Of a DNA stretch of 64,000 nucleotides, positions 20,717-29,966 are shown piece by piece. The translations under genes and the position numbers were made by a program. This DNA is from Leptonemataceae bacterium. GTDB lineage: Bacteria > Spirochaetota > Leptospiria > Leptospirales > Leptonemataceae. Numbering within the stretch: the stretch's first letter is position 1; every line of letters begins with the position of its first letter. The notes under the pieces were generated by a model. That model did no database searches. It worked only from the letters and a program-made list of their open reading frames with translations, and was not told the origin of the DNA. The DNA is taken from assembly GCA_965227295.1 (NCBI GenBank), contig OZ245742.1:2016001-2080000 (forward strand), in the 5' to 3' direction.

Positions 20717-21169
20717 ATGGCAGCAGCACGAAAAAATCAATACGACGCGTACAAGGATACCGAGATCTCCACCGCGAACCAGGGCAAACTCATTGTGATG
20801 CTCTACGACGGTGCCGTGCGGTTCCTCAAGATCGCCGTAGAGAACATGGAACCGCGGTCCTACGATGTCGTGAACACGAACATCATCAAGGCGCAGGACA
20901 TCATCACCGAACTCATGCTCGCCCTGAATATGGACGAAGGCGGCGAGATTGCCGGGAACCTGTTCAATCTTTACGCCTACATGAAAAAGCGCCTCCTGGA
21001 AGGCAACATTGCCAAAGACGTGGCCCATCTGGAAGAAGTGATCGGCTTCCTGGATCAACTGCGTACCGCCTGGGAAGAAGTTGCCGCCCAGGAAACCGGC
21101 AAGCCGAAGATGGCCCCGGCCGTGTCCATCCGCCAGGAAGAAGGCGCCGGCTTTTCGATCAAAGGCTAG
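20717..21169 (+). CDS. fliS: Flagellar export chaperone FliS
   Basis: AY...I.TA...LIVMLYDGA, KAQDII.EL..AL, IA.NL..LY.Y, LR.AWEE. Confidence 0.95.
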   Translation: MAAARKNQYDAYKDTEISTANQGKLIVMLYDGAVRFLKIAVENMEPRSYDVVNTNIIKAQDIITELMLALNMDEGGEIAGNLFNLYAYMKKRLLEGNIAKDVAHLEEVIGFLDQLRTAWEEVAAQETGKPKMAPAVSIRQEEGAGFSIKG

Positions 21170-21310
21170 CGCCTGAATGGCCACTCTTCCAGCCCGCGAA
21201 TAGAGCGGGTGCGCCATCGGCTTTATCCTCCGGCCCGCGGAGAGAGCGGGCCTCCGGACAAAGCCGATGGCTGGAATACTGATCACCGCGACCGTATCTG
21301 AAGTACTGGC

Positions 21311-21643
21311 ATGACAACGCATCATCCTTCTACTCCTCGTGCTTTGCTGCGGCTTTTGCGGCGTCGACTCGGCCGGCGCGTTGCGCTGCTGCGACTTGGT
21401 CAGTTCGATGCGGCGATCGAGATGGAAGATCTGCTCGCGGAAAGTCTGCAACATTTGCAACAGGCCGCGGCGGGGGATGCCTTCTCCTCTGCTGACCGCG
21501 CGCTGTTTGTCGAATGCTCCGCCCTCGCCGACGAGGCCCAGGCTCGCCTCGAACGCGAACGTGAACTTCTCCGCCGGGAGTGGATCGAGGTCCAGGTCGA
21601 CGGCGAACTCCTGCGCTTCCGCCGGGAAGCCGCGGCCGTCTGA
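21311..21643 (+). CDS. Hypothetical helical protein
   Basis: 110-aa ORF between fliS and the caspase gene; no recognisable motif. Confidence 0.4.
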   Translation: MTTHHPSTPRALLRLLRRRLGRRVALLRLGQFDAAIEMEDLLAESLQHLQQAAAGDAFSSADRALFVECSALADEAQARLERERELLRREWIEVQVDGELLRFRREAAAV

Positions 21644-21778
21644 TCTTCCCATCCGCCCGCTATTGTTCGTTTTTCGTTAGCTTTCTGTGACTTCCCGGAG
21701 CCCCAAAAACCGGTAGACGCGAGAACAATTCGGCGCTCCTCTACGTCGAATTGCCTGCATTTTCCCCAGGAGAGAGTC

Positions 21779-23488
21779 ATGTCCCGGATTTCATTTCGAT
21801 CCTATTCCCGTAATCTGCGCTTCCTGAAATACGCGTTGCTGGTCGGTTTTGTTTTTGCCGCACCCATGCTCGCCGGCCCGCTGGCCGCTCAGGGGCGTCT
21901 GGCGCTGATTGTCGGCTCCAACTACAAGGGCAACGCCTCCGGCATTCCGCCGCTGGACCTGTGCGAGGCCGACGCCAATCTCATGAAGAAAACCCTCGAG
22001 ACCCACGGCGGCTTCAAGCACGTCGAGGTTCTGCTCGGGAAAATGGTGACCTCGTCCCGGCTGGAAAAGGCCATCGACACGCTTTCCAGCAAGGCCGGCT
22101 CCAAAGATACCGTCGTCCTCTACTTTTCAGGACACGGCACCTACCAGCGCGACAGCTCGGCGCCGAACGGTTTACGCAACTACATCGTAATGTACGATCG
22201 GCCGCACGTACCGGATAACGTGCTGAACACCTGGGTCGGCAAGATCAAAACGCCGAAGCTCGTGTGGATCTTCGACTGCTGCTATTCCGGCGGTATCGCG
22301 AAGAAAGGGAAGAAATCCCGGGGCCAGGGCGACGTCCCCATCGACGACGACCAGAAAGGCAAGGTCATCGAAAACGGAAAGGACATCTACTTCCAGGACA
22401 AAGCCATCATGGCTTCCAGCGATGCGAACGAGACTTCGATTGAAGTGCGCGGCGGCATCAACCACGGCATCTTTACATACTACCTGGCGCAAGGGCTACA
22501 ACCACGCAACGGGGACTTAAACAAAGACGGCACCGTTACGGCCCTCGAAGCCTTCGAGTGGACGAAGACCCGCGTCATCAAAAAGGCGAAAGAGTTCAAT
22601 CACCGCCAGACGCCGCAGATCTCCGGCCATGCTTCGGGCATCCTCATTGCCGGTAAGACCGATCCCAAACCGCCGGAACCGGAACCCGTTAAGCCCGATC
22701 CGGAACCGGTTACGCCGGACCCCGAACCGCAGCCGGAACCCGGTCCCACGCCTCCGGACGTCGAAGATCCGGTGACGCCGGACGAGCCGGACGTCGTCGA
22801 ACACGACGAGAAATCCAAAGCGGTCATCGTGACCACGATCTACAAATCCATGCAGGCCGGCCCGACGCCCATGAACCCCGTGCAGATCCTGGCGCGGAAT
22901 AAGCGCGGCAACGACGACCGTCGCATCAAGGTCACCGTCTCCGGCAACGAGTACGAAACGAAAATCTCCTGGCTCGACGCGCGGCAGTTGAAGGCGCGCA
23001 CCGGTGAAACGATTCCGCTCGGCTGGTATACCTACAAGGGCAAACGCTACAAAAACCAGGTGGCCCTCATCGAAGTCAGCGGCATTCCCACGGGCGTGCA
23101 CGAGATCGAGATCCAGGCCGATGGTTATCCCATCATCCAGGAACGACTGGGTGTGGAAGACAACTCGCGGAACAACGAACTCTTCGTGGTCACCTCGCTC
23201 GCGGACTTCGGCATGATCCGCGGCAAGGTCTTCTACAAGAACTTCGAGCAGCCGTTGCGCGGGCAGACCGTCTGGATGCCGGTGGTGAAGACCGTAAACC
23301 AGCAGCACAAGATGAAGACCACCAGCGACGGTTCGTTCTGGTTCCTCAACCTGCCTCCGGGAGCGGATTACTTCATCAAGCCGTCCTTTGCCGAAAGCAC
23401 GCCGCTGGACGACAAGTATCTGACCGTGGAGGCCGGCAAGGTGACCACCGTGGACGTGGTCCTTAAGGTGAAGACGGGCTTGCGCTGA
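21779..23488 (+). CDS. Secreted caspase-family (peptidase C14) protein with Pro/Glu linker and beta-sandwich C-terminus
   Basis: Signal peptide; ALIVG.NY, YFSGHG (His), FDCCYSG (Cys), HGIFT, QTPQ; PEPEP linker. Confidence 0.88.
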   Translation: MSRISFRSYSRNLRFLKYALLVGFVFAAPMLAGPLAAQGRLALIVGSNYKGNASGIPPLDLCEADANLMKKTLETHGGFKHVEVLLGKMVTSSRLEKAIDTLSSKAGSKDTVVLYFSGHGTYQRDSSAPNGLRNYIVMYDRPHVPDNVLNTWVGKIKTPKLVWIFDCCYSGGIAKKGKKSRGQGDVPIDDDQKGKVIENGKDIYFQDKAIMASSDANETSIEVRGGINHGIFTYYLAQGLQPRNGDLNKDGTVTALEAFEWTKTRVIKKAKEFNHRQTPQISGHASGILIAGKTDPKPPEPEPVKPDPEPVTPDPEPQPEPGPTPPDVEDPVTPDEPDVVEHDEKSKAVIVTTIYKSMQAGPTPMNPVQILARNKRGNDDRRIKVTVSGNEYETKISWLDARQLKARTGETIPLGWYTYKGKRYKNQVALIEVSGIPTGVHEIEIQADGYPIIQERLGVEDNSRNNELFVVTSLADFGMIRGKVFYKNFEQPLRGQTVWMPVVKTVNQQHKMKTTSDGSFWFLNLPPGADYFIKPSFAESTPLDDKYLTVEAGKVTTVDVVLKVKTGLR

Positions 23489-23513
23489 CATTCAGCGCGG
23501 CCCGTATGGAGCT

Positions 23514-23774
23514 ATGTGGAAGTTTTTCCTCGTCCTGCTCATCCTGTTCGCGATTTCGGCCTACGCCGTCCACCGGCTGCTGCGCTTCCTGAACAGGCTC
23601 GTTGAGCGGGGCGAGGAGATCAAAGAACGCCTGCGCGAGGTCGGGCGCGGCCCCGGCGACCCGGTTTCCGGTGGCTTCGGCGGCGATTTTCCCGCCTCCC
23701 GCCGCGAAAAAGACATATCGGACCGGGTCCGGGTCATCGAAGAAAGTGACGGAAATTCCGATGACGGCCGATAA
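23514..23774 (+). CDS. Small single-TM hypothetical protein
   Basis: N-terminal hydrophobic helix; ggag RBS. Confidence 0.6.
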   Translation: MWKFFLVLLILFAISAYAVHRLLRFLNRLVERGEEIKERLREVGRGPGDPVSGGFGGDFPASRREKDISDRVRVIEESDGNSDDGR

Positions 23775-23783
23775 TCTAGAAAG

Positions 23784-25157
23784 ATGAAGCCCTCATTGTT
23801 CGCACAGTTGCGCCGCCTGTTCCTCGCGGTGACTCTGGTCCTCTCGGCCACGGCCTGCCAGAGCGTCTACGATACCCAACCGGACTTCGAAGAGTCTCGC
23901 CAGCGCATCCTGAGCGGCGATCAGGAAGCCGCGAAAGAAGAAGTTCAGATCATCGTCCGGGACATCAACCAGATCCCGAAGAAGTTCCACGACGAAGCCG
24001 TCAAGAACGTGGCCATGAACAAAAGCGAGACCGGTCAGCAAGGTCTCATCACCCTCATGGAGCACCCGTCGCTGCGAGACGACGAATTGCGCGCGGAGAT
24101 TGCGAATACCCTGGTGGAGCGTGATGAAGAGGGTTCCCTGGAAGCGCTGCTCATCGCGGCGGAAAATCGACCGAACATCGTCACTCCGGAAGTGATCGCT
24201 TACTTCGGCGAAAAGCAGTACTTACGCGCCATCCCGCTGCTGCAGAAGCAGGTCGAAGCGGGCAAACACATCAATGAAGCCGTGGCCGCGCTGTACCAAA
24301 TGGAAGATCCGGGCGCAAATGAGTACATTCTGTCTTTATCCATGAACCAGCCGGACGAGCTGCGCGAGCTGTCTCTGGAAACCGTGGCGCAGATGCCGCC
24401 GGAAGACGGCGTGCATTCGAAGGCCGTGCCGATCTACGAAGGGATCGTGCGCAAGTATCGGGACGAACCGCGTTCGCTGGTGGTTCTGTCGATCCAGGGG
24501 CTCGCAGAGTACGGGAGCGAGGATACCTCTTTCGAAGCCTTACGTACGCTTTACGAAACGACGGACGATGCGACGCTGCAACAATCGGCCCTGGCAGCCA
24601 TGGCACGCCTGCGCAACACCACCGCCGAACAACTCGAGCGGGAACTGAACACGGCCCTGCTCGACATTGAGGCGCAGATTGAGTATCTGCGTACGAAGGA
24701 CGTCGAGGAAGAAAAAGAGCCGGAAAAAGAAGTCGTTGAGAAAGTCGAGAAAGAAGAGCGACCTAAGCCGGTGCGCAAGAAGCGCGCACGGTACGACAGC
24801 AAGTATCGCCAGCGCCTGGATCGTAAGTTTGACAGTGTCTTCGGTCCGGATCTTTCGAGTCAACTACAGGCGCATTTAAATAACGTTCTTTTAAGCTACG
24901 CCGATTGGAAAGACGACGCCAAGGGCCGCTTCATTCTGCGATCGTACCGCAAGTACTACGGCGGGGACGACGACGGCGCTCGCAAACGTTTGCGCGAAGG
25001 CCTGGATCATCCCGGCAGTTTCTCCGTGATCGTGAAGAACATCATCGCCGAGTACGACAATGACGCCATGCGCATCTATGCCATGTCGCAGTTCTTCAAC
25101 ATCAAACGCTGGCAGGCCGCCATTCTTCTGGATATGGTCCGCTACAATCAGATCTAA
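23784..25157 (+). CDS. HEAT/ARM-like alpha-helical lipoprotein
   Basis: ATAC lipobox; repeated helical LR..A...L patterns. Confidence 0.7.
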   Translation: MKPSLFAQLRRLFLAVTLVLSATACQSVYDTQPDFEESRQRILSGDQEAAKEEVQIIVRDINQIPKKFHDEAVKNVAMNKSETGQQGLITLMEHPSLRDDELRAEIANTLVERDEEGSLEALLIAAENRPNIVTPEVIAYFGEKQYLRAIPLLQKQVEAGKHINEAVAALYQMEDPGANEYILSLSMNQPDELRELSLETVAQMPPEDGVHSKAVPIYEGIVRKYRDEPRSLVVLSIQGLAEYGSEDTSFEALRTLYETTDDATLQQSALAAMARLRNTTAEQLERELNTALLDIEAQIEYLRTKDVEEEKEPEKEVVEKVEKEERPKPVRKKRARYDSKYRQRLDRKFDSVFGPDLSSQLQAHLNNVLLSYADWKDDAKGRFILRSYRKYYGGDDDGARKRLREGLDHPGSFSVIVKNIIAEYDNDAMRIYAMSQFFNIKRWQAAILLDMVRYNQI

Positions 25158-25161
25158 ACCT

Positions 25162-25749
25162 ATGCTCCGGAACTATTTCGTCGCGCTGCTCCTTCTGTTC
25201 AGTGTGGCCGGATGTTCTACGCAAATTCGCGGAACCTTCGGCTGGACTGCCGTGGATGATCGTGGCATCGAAGACTTCGAGCGCGGCCTGTTGCTCGAAA
25301 CCGAGTTTCGCATTAAACGCGAGAATCTCTACTTCTTCGATTATCAGACCATCTGGTGGGTCTATCAAATCCGCGGCGGCCGTTACAGCGGCGACGGCTT
25401 TCTTGCGGCGCTCTACGAAAACAACAACACACCGGACCCGGTGGAAGTGGACCTGCGTCGCGTGCCGATTCTCCGCGACGGTTCGTATGATTACATTCGC
25501 CAGTACTACGAGGATCTCTCGCCGGGTCGTTATCTCTTAAAGATCGCCTACGAATCCGAGGTCGTCGATCAGGTGGAGTTCTTCATTGTGCCGCCGGGCG
25601 GACCGTCCGAAATGATCCGCGACGACGAGTTTGCCAACTTCGAGGAGATGCGTCACGAAGACGTCGAAGAAGATTTTCACCGCGACCGCGAGGGCAGCGG
25701 ACGCGACGAAGAGTTCGACGAGATTTTGCGGTACTCAGGCGGGCTGTGA
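25162..25749 (+). CDS. Hypothetical lipoprotein
   Basis: VAGC lipobox after MLRNYF start; operonic spacing. Confidence 0.7.
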   Translation: MLRNYFVALLLLFSVAGCSTQIRGTFGWTAVDDRGIEDFERGLLLETEFRIKRENLYFFDYQTIWWVYQIRGGRYSGDGFLAALYENNNTPDPVEVDLRRVPILRDGSYDYIRQYYEDLSPGRYLLKIAYESEVVDQVEFFIVPPGGPSEMIRDDEFANFEEMRHEDVEEDFHRDREGSGRDEEFDEILRYSGGL

Positions 25750-25773
25750 GATCGTCCGCCGTAAGCGACGTCG

Positions 25774-26838
25774 TCAGGAAACAGCAAAGCCCCGCACCGT
25801 ATCGATCATGGCCTGCACGTTTTCGATGGGCGTCTGCGGATGAATGCCGTGTCCCAGATTAAAGACGTACCCCCTGCGTTTGCCGTAATTGTGAAGCACC
25901 GCCTGCGTCGCCGCCCGCACGCGTTCCGGATCGCCGTACAACGTCAGCGGGTCTAAGTTACCCTGAAGTGCCATTTGCGCCGGCGCGAGTTCGAGAACGT
26001 CTTCCGCGCGTACGCGCCAGTCCAGGCTCAGCACGTTCGGTTCCTGGGCGATCATTTCGCGCAGCAAATGCGCACTGTTGCCGACGAACAGGATGATCGG
26101 TTTGTCCGAGCGCTTGCGTAGTGCGGCGATGATCTTTGCCGTGTAGGGTGCCGAGAATTCGGCGTAGTCCGCCGGGGAGAGAATGCCGCCCCAGGAGTCG
26201 AAGATCTGCACGGCATCCGCCCCGGTTTCCAGTTGCATGGCGAGATACTCGACGGTGATTTCGCACAGGCGTTCGCTTAACTTATGAAAAAACGCACTTT
26301 GTCCGAAAACGGCGGCCTTGGTTTTTTCGAAACGCTTCGAGGTACCGCCCTCGACGATGTAGCTGGCCAGGGTAAACGGGGCGCCGGCAAAACCCAGGAG
26401 CGCCGGCCGATCCTGCTCAATGCCGTCGATGTGCGCGCGCAGGCGTGTCAGGATTTCCGTGACGTGCGCGGTATCCCGTGCGGCGTCGAAGCTGTCGATC
26501 AATCTCAACTCGCTTTCGCTGCGAATGGTACGATCGAGGACGGGCCCCTTCGATTCCTCGAAGTGCAACGGAATGCCCGCCGCCTTGATCGGCGTGAGGA
26601 TGTCCGAAAACATGATGATGCCGTCCGGGGCGAAGCGGTGGTACGGTTGCAGACTGATTTCTACGGCCAGGTCGGGGTTTTCGGAAAGATCCAGGAACGT
26701 GCGACCCGTGCGGATTTCCTGATACTCCGGAAGATAACGACCGGCCTGGCGCATGTACCAGAGCGGCACGGTTTCCACGGCTTCGCCGCGCAGCGCGCGT
26801 ACCAAAAGCGGAGTGTTTGAATTATTGGGAGAGTTCAT
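25774..26838 (-). CDS. hemE: Uroporphyrinogen decarboxylase
   Basis: PLWYMRQAGRYLPEY, FSDIL, GFAGAPFTLASY, QIFDSW, FNLGHGI. Confidence 0.97.
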   Translation of the reverse strand: MNSPNNSNTPLLVRALRGEAVETVPLWYMRQAGRYLPEYQEIRTGRTFLDLSENPDLAVEISLQPYHRFAPDGIIMFSDILTPIKAAGIPLHFEESKGPVLDRTIRSESELRLIDSFDAARDTAHVTEILTRLRAHIDGIEQDRPALLGFAGAPFTLASYIVEGGTSKRFEKTKAAVFGQSAFFHKLSERLCEITVEYLAMQLETGADAVQIFDSWGGILSPADYAEFSAPYTAKIIAALRKRSDKPIILFVGNSAHLLREMIAQEPNVLSLDWRVRAEDVLELAPAQMALQGNLDPLTLYGDPERVRAATQAVLHNYGKRRGYVFNLGHGIHPQTPIENVQAMIDTVRGFAVS

Positions 26839-27529
26839 AGCCGATTCCGTGTCGTGTGATAAAATGCCGGGGTTTCTGCGGATTGTCTTCAAAAACCTTG
26901 CGAAACTTTACGATGTAGTTATCGATCGTACGATTCGTCGGAAACTCCGCCGTGCCCCAGACGCGATCCAGGATCTCATCCCGGCGCACCGGCCGTCCCC
27001 GATGTTCCACCAGCAACTCAAGGATCGCCACCTCGCGTTCGTTGAAGCGCACCGTCTCCGTTTTGCCGCGCCGGGCGACGGCGGCGTTTAATTCCACGTC
27101 CCACTCGCCGATGCGAATCTTCTCCGGCGGGGCGGAGGCCTCCCGCTGCCACTGGCTGCGTCGGAGCTGGGCCTGGACCCGGGCGAGCAGTTCACCGAGA
27201 TCAAAGGGCTTCGTAAGATAGTCGTCCGCACCCGCCGCCAGGCCGGCGAGTTTGTCCTCGGCGGCATCCCTGGCCGTAAGGAAGATTACGGGAAAGAACA
27301 GCTTCTGATTTCGAAGCGAACGGCACAGGTCCAGGCCGTCCAGCTCGCCGGGCATCTTAATGTCCAGTATGCCCAGGTCGAACTCCGCGCCGTCGGCCTG
27401 GATGTTGCGCAGGGCCGCTTCGGCGTCGGGAAATTCCGTGACGGTGTAACCTTCGGCTTCCAGGTTCATGCGGATGCCCCGGCGCAGGCCGTCTTCGTCC
27501 TCGACTAAAAGTATACGATCCGAACTCAT
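26822..27529 (-). CDS. OmpR/PhoB-family response regulator (HemR/Rrlep-like)
   Basis: LLVEDE, ILDIKMP, GADDYLTKPF, winged helix RTIDNYI..FRK; position in hem cluster as in Leptospira. Confidence 0.92.
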   Translation of the reverse strand: MSSDRILLVEDEDGLRRGIRMNLEAEGYTVTEFPDAEAALRNIQADGAEFDLGILDIKMPGELDGLDLCRSLRNQKLFFPVIFLTARDAAEDKLAGLAAGADDYLTKPFDLGELLARVQAQLRRSQWQREASAPPEKIRIGEWDVELNAAVARRGKTETVRFNEREVAILELLVEHRGRPVRRDEILDRVWGTAEFPTNRTIDNYIVKFRKVFEDNPQKPRHFITRHGIGYELSQ

Positions 27530-28650
27530 CTCCCGGGGACAGCCTCAGATCTTGTATTATTAGAAGTTAGCCGTGCAATGCTACCGGGGATGCGCAGTTC
27601 GAAACATGCTCCGCGACCGGTCCCCTCGGAAAACGCACGCACGCGCCCGCCGGAGCCCTCCACGATTTCTTTCACGATATACAGGCCGATGCCGCTGCCC
27701 CGCACGGGACGCCGGCCTTCGCCGGTCAGCCGGTAGAACGCGTGGAAGACGTTATCCAGTTCCGCCGGCGGAATGCCCGCCCCCTGATCAGCAAAACGCA
27801 GGATGATCAGGCGCCGACCGCGATCCGAACTCGCTTCGATCTTCAGCACCGGTGGTCGTTCGCCGGTATACGTGACGGCGTTCTGCACAAGATTGTCCAC
27901 CACACGCCGGAAGTCGTCGGCATGCATGGCAATGCACAGTTCCGACGGCACGGCGATGCTCAGGTTCTCGGGGAGCAGGCCCAGGCCTTCCAGGCGTGCC
28001 TTGTTTTCTGCGAAGTATTGTTCGAGGCATCGGCGCAGAGATAGGCCGGGGGCGGTCTGTGCTCCTGGCGTGGAGCCGCGCCGGGCCAGCCGGCCGCTGT
28101 GCAGGATGTTGTTCAGTTGTTCTTCCAGGCGCCGCGTGTCGGCGATGCCGGCCTCGATCAGTTCGCGCCGCTGCTCCGGCGGCGGATCGCGTTTGAGTAC
28201 GGTTTGTAAGTTCAGGAGAATAGAAGTTAGCGGCGTTTTTAGCTCGTGAGTGACCGAGTCGATGAAAACGTGGCGTTCGTGGTTCAGCTTGCGTTCGCGT
28301 TGCACGGCCCGGATGACGCGAACGTGACCGTAGCCTATGACCAGGATCACGAAGATCGTTTCGGAGAGCAGCATAATGAAGCGCCGCCGGGATTCCGCGG
28401 CGCGCCGGGCCTGTACTTCCGGGTCCGGCAACCAGCGTTGCGTCCCGGCGTCGTAGCGCAGTCCGCTGCGATCACCTTCGATTCCGGCATTGGCCAGGGC
28501 CAGGCGGGCCGCATCGAGTTCGGAACGCAGTCGGGCACTCTCGTTTTCGTTGCGCTGGAAAAAGATCAGCCACCAGACCAACTGCGCGACGATCAGTGCG
28601 AGCATGCCCAGCGCGATCAGCACCAGGATGGTACTGGAGCGGCCCTTCAT
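27526..28650 (-). CDS. Two-TM sensor histidine kinase (HemS/Hklep-like)
   Basis: VTHELKTPL H-box, NLVQNA N-box, DQGAGI, GSGIGL. Confidence 0.92.
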   Translation of the reverse strand: MKGRSSTILVLIALGMLALIVAQLVWWLIFFQRNENESARLRSELDAARLALANAGIEGDRSGLRYDAGTQRWLPDPEVQARRAAESRRRFIMLLSETIFVILVIGYGHVRVIRAVQRERKLNHERHVFIDSVTHELKTPLTSILLNLQTVLKRDPPPEQRRELIEAGIADTRRLEEQLNNILHSGRLARRGSTPGAQTAPGLSLRRCLEQYFAENKARLEGLGLLPENLSIAVPSELCIAMHADDFRRVVDNLVQNAVTYTGERPPVLKIEASSDRGRRLIILRFADQGAGIPPAELDNVFHAFYRLTGEGRRPVRGSGIGLYIVKEIVEGSGGRVRAFSEGTGRGACFELRIPGSIARLTSNNTRSEAVPGR

Positions 28651-29936
28651 CGATTCTGGAAATACTCTTTGAGAACCTCGAGCAGACGATAGATCTGCAC
28701 CTCGGACATTACGCTGCTCAGAAAACCCACCTCGTAACCGGACGGTGCCAGATACACACCGCGGTCCAGGCAGTGCCGGTGTAGACCCTTGTAGGTATCC
28801 ATGGTGGCATCACGCTGGATGTGGTCGGCGCGGCGGGGAGCCGGTCCGTCGCCGCGGTAGAGCCAGAAGATGGACTGGATGTTTTGCATCTTCCAGTCGA
28901 AGCCGAATTTGTTGAACTCGGTCATGAGCAACCGGCCGAGGCGTTCCAGGTTTTTGTAAAGTGAATCTTCGAGTAACTTAAGCTGCGCCAGGCCCGCGGC
29001 CATGGCCACCGGATTGCCGGAGAGCGTGCCCGCCTGGTAGACCGGTCCGTCCGGTGCGAGCTTTTCGAAAATTTCCGCGCGCCCGGCGAAGGCGCCCACG
29101 GGCATGCCGCCGCCGATGATCTTGCCGTAACATACCAGGTCCGGTTCGATTTCGTAGTACTCCGCCGCGCCGCCGAAGCCCACGCGAAAGCCGCTGATGA
29201 CTTCGTCGAAGATCAAGAGCGCGCCTTTTTCGCGGCACAACCGGGCGATTGTCTTTAGAAATTCCGGGCGCTGCAGTAAGAGGCCGTTGTTTGCCGGGAC
29301 GGGCTCCAGGCATACCGCGGCGATTTCGTCGCCGTAGGTATCGAAGGCTTCGCGCAGGGCCGCGTCATCGTCCAGGGGCAGGACGATGGTATGTGCCGTG
29401 AACGACGGCGGAACTCCCGCGCTGTCCGGCACGCCGGATGTTACCAGGCCGGAGCCGGCCTTCACGAGCATGGAGTCCACGTGGCCGTGATAGCAACCTT
29501 CGAACTTAATGATCTTTTTGCGATCGGTAAAGCCCCGGGCCAGGCGCAGGGCCGACATGACGGCCTCGGTGCCGGAGTTTACGAAGCGAACTTTTTCTAT
29601 GGAGGGAACCCGCGGCTTCAGGTGTTCGATGATGTACTCGGCGAGCAGGACCGCGCCCTCGCAGGGCGTGCCGAAGGTGAGCGCACGATCGATCTGTGCC
29701 TTCACGGCCTTCACGATCTCGGGATGACGATGGCCGGTGATGAGCGGTCCCCAGGAACAGCAAAAGTCGATGAACTCGTTGCCGTCTTCATCTACCAGAC
29801 GATGGCCTTCGCCGCTCTTCATGAACAGCGGTGTGCCGCCCACGGAGCGAAAGGCCCGCACGGGGCTGTGCACGCCGCCGGGGACCACCGCCTTCGCGCG
29901 CTCGTATAGTTCTCGGGATCGTGATTCTTGAATCAT
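28647..29936 (-). CDS. hemL: Glutamate-1-semialdehyde 2,1-aminomutase
   Basis: PGGVHSPVRAF, NSGTEA, GCYHGH, FDEVISGFR, GKIIGGG, YQAGTLSGNP. Confidence 0.97.
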   Translation of the reverse strand: MIQESRSRELYERAKAVVPGGVHSPVRAFRSVGGTPLFMKSGEGHRLVDEDGNEFIDFCCSWGPLITGHRHPEIVKAVKAQIDRALTFGTPCEGAVLLAEYIIEHLKPRVPSIEKVRFVNSGTEAVMSALRLARGFTDRKKIIKFEGCYHGHVDSMLVKAGSGLVTSGVPDSAGVPPSFTAHTIVLPLDDDAALREAFDTYGDEIAAVCLEPVPANNGLLLQRPEFLKTIARLCREKGALLIFDEVISGFRVGFGGAAEYYEIEPDLVCYGKIIGGGMPVGAFAGRAEIFEKLAPDGPVYQAGTLSGNPVAMAAGLAQLKLLEDSLYKNLERLGRLLMTEFNKFGFDWKMQNIQSIFWLYRGDGPAPRRADHIQRDATMDTYKGLHRHCLDRGVYLAPSGYEVGFLSSVMSEVQIYRLLEVLKEYFQNR

Positions 29937-29966
29937 AGTGATAATTCCTGGATCTGCGCGCGGGCC

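Noticed and set aside
22663..22795. Short tandem ccggaaccc-like repeats
   Set aside because: Explained by the Pro/Glu/Asp linker of the caspase-like protein.
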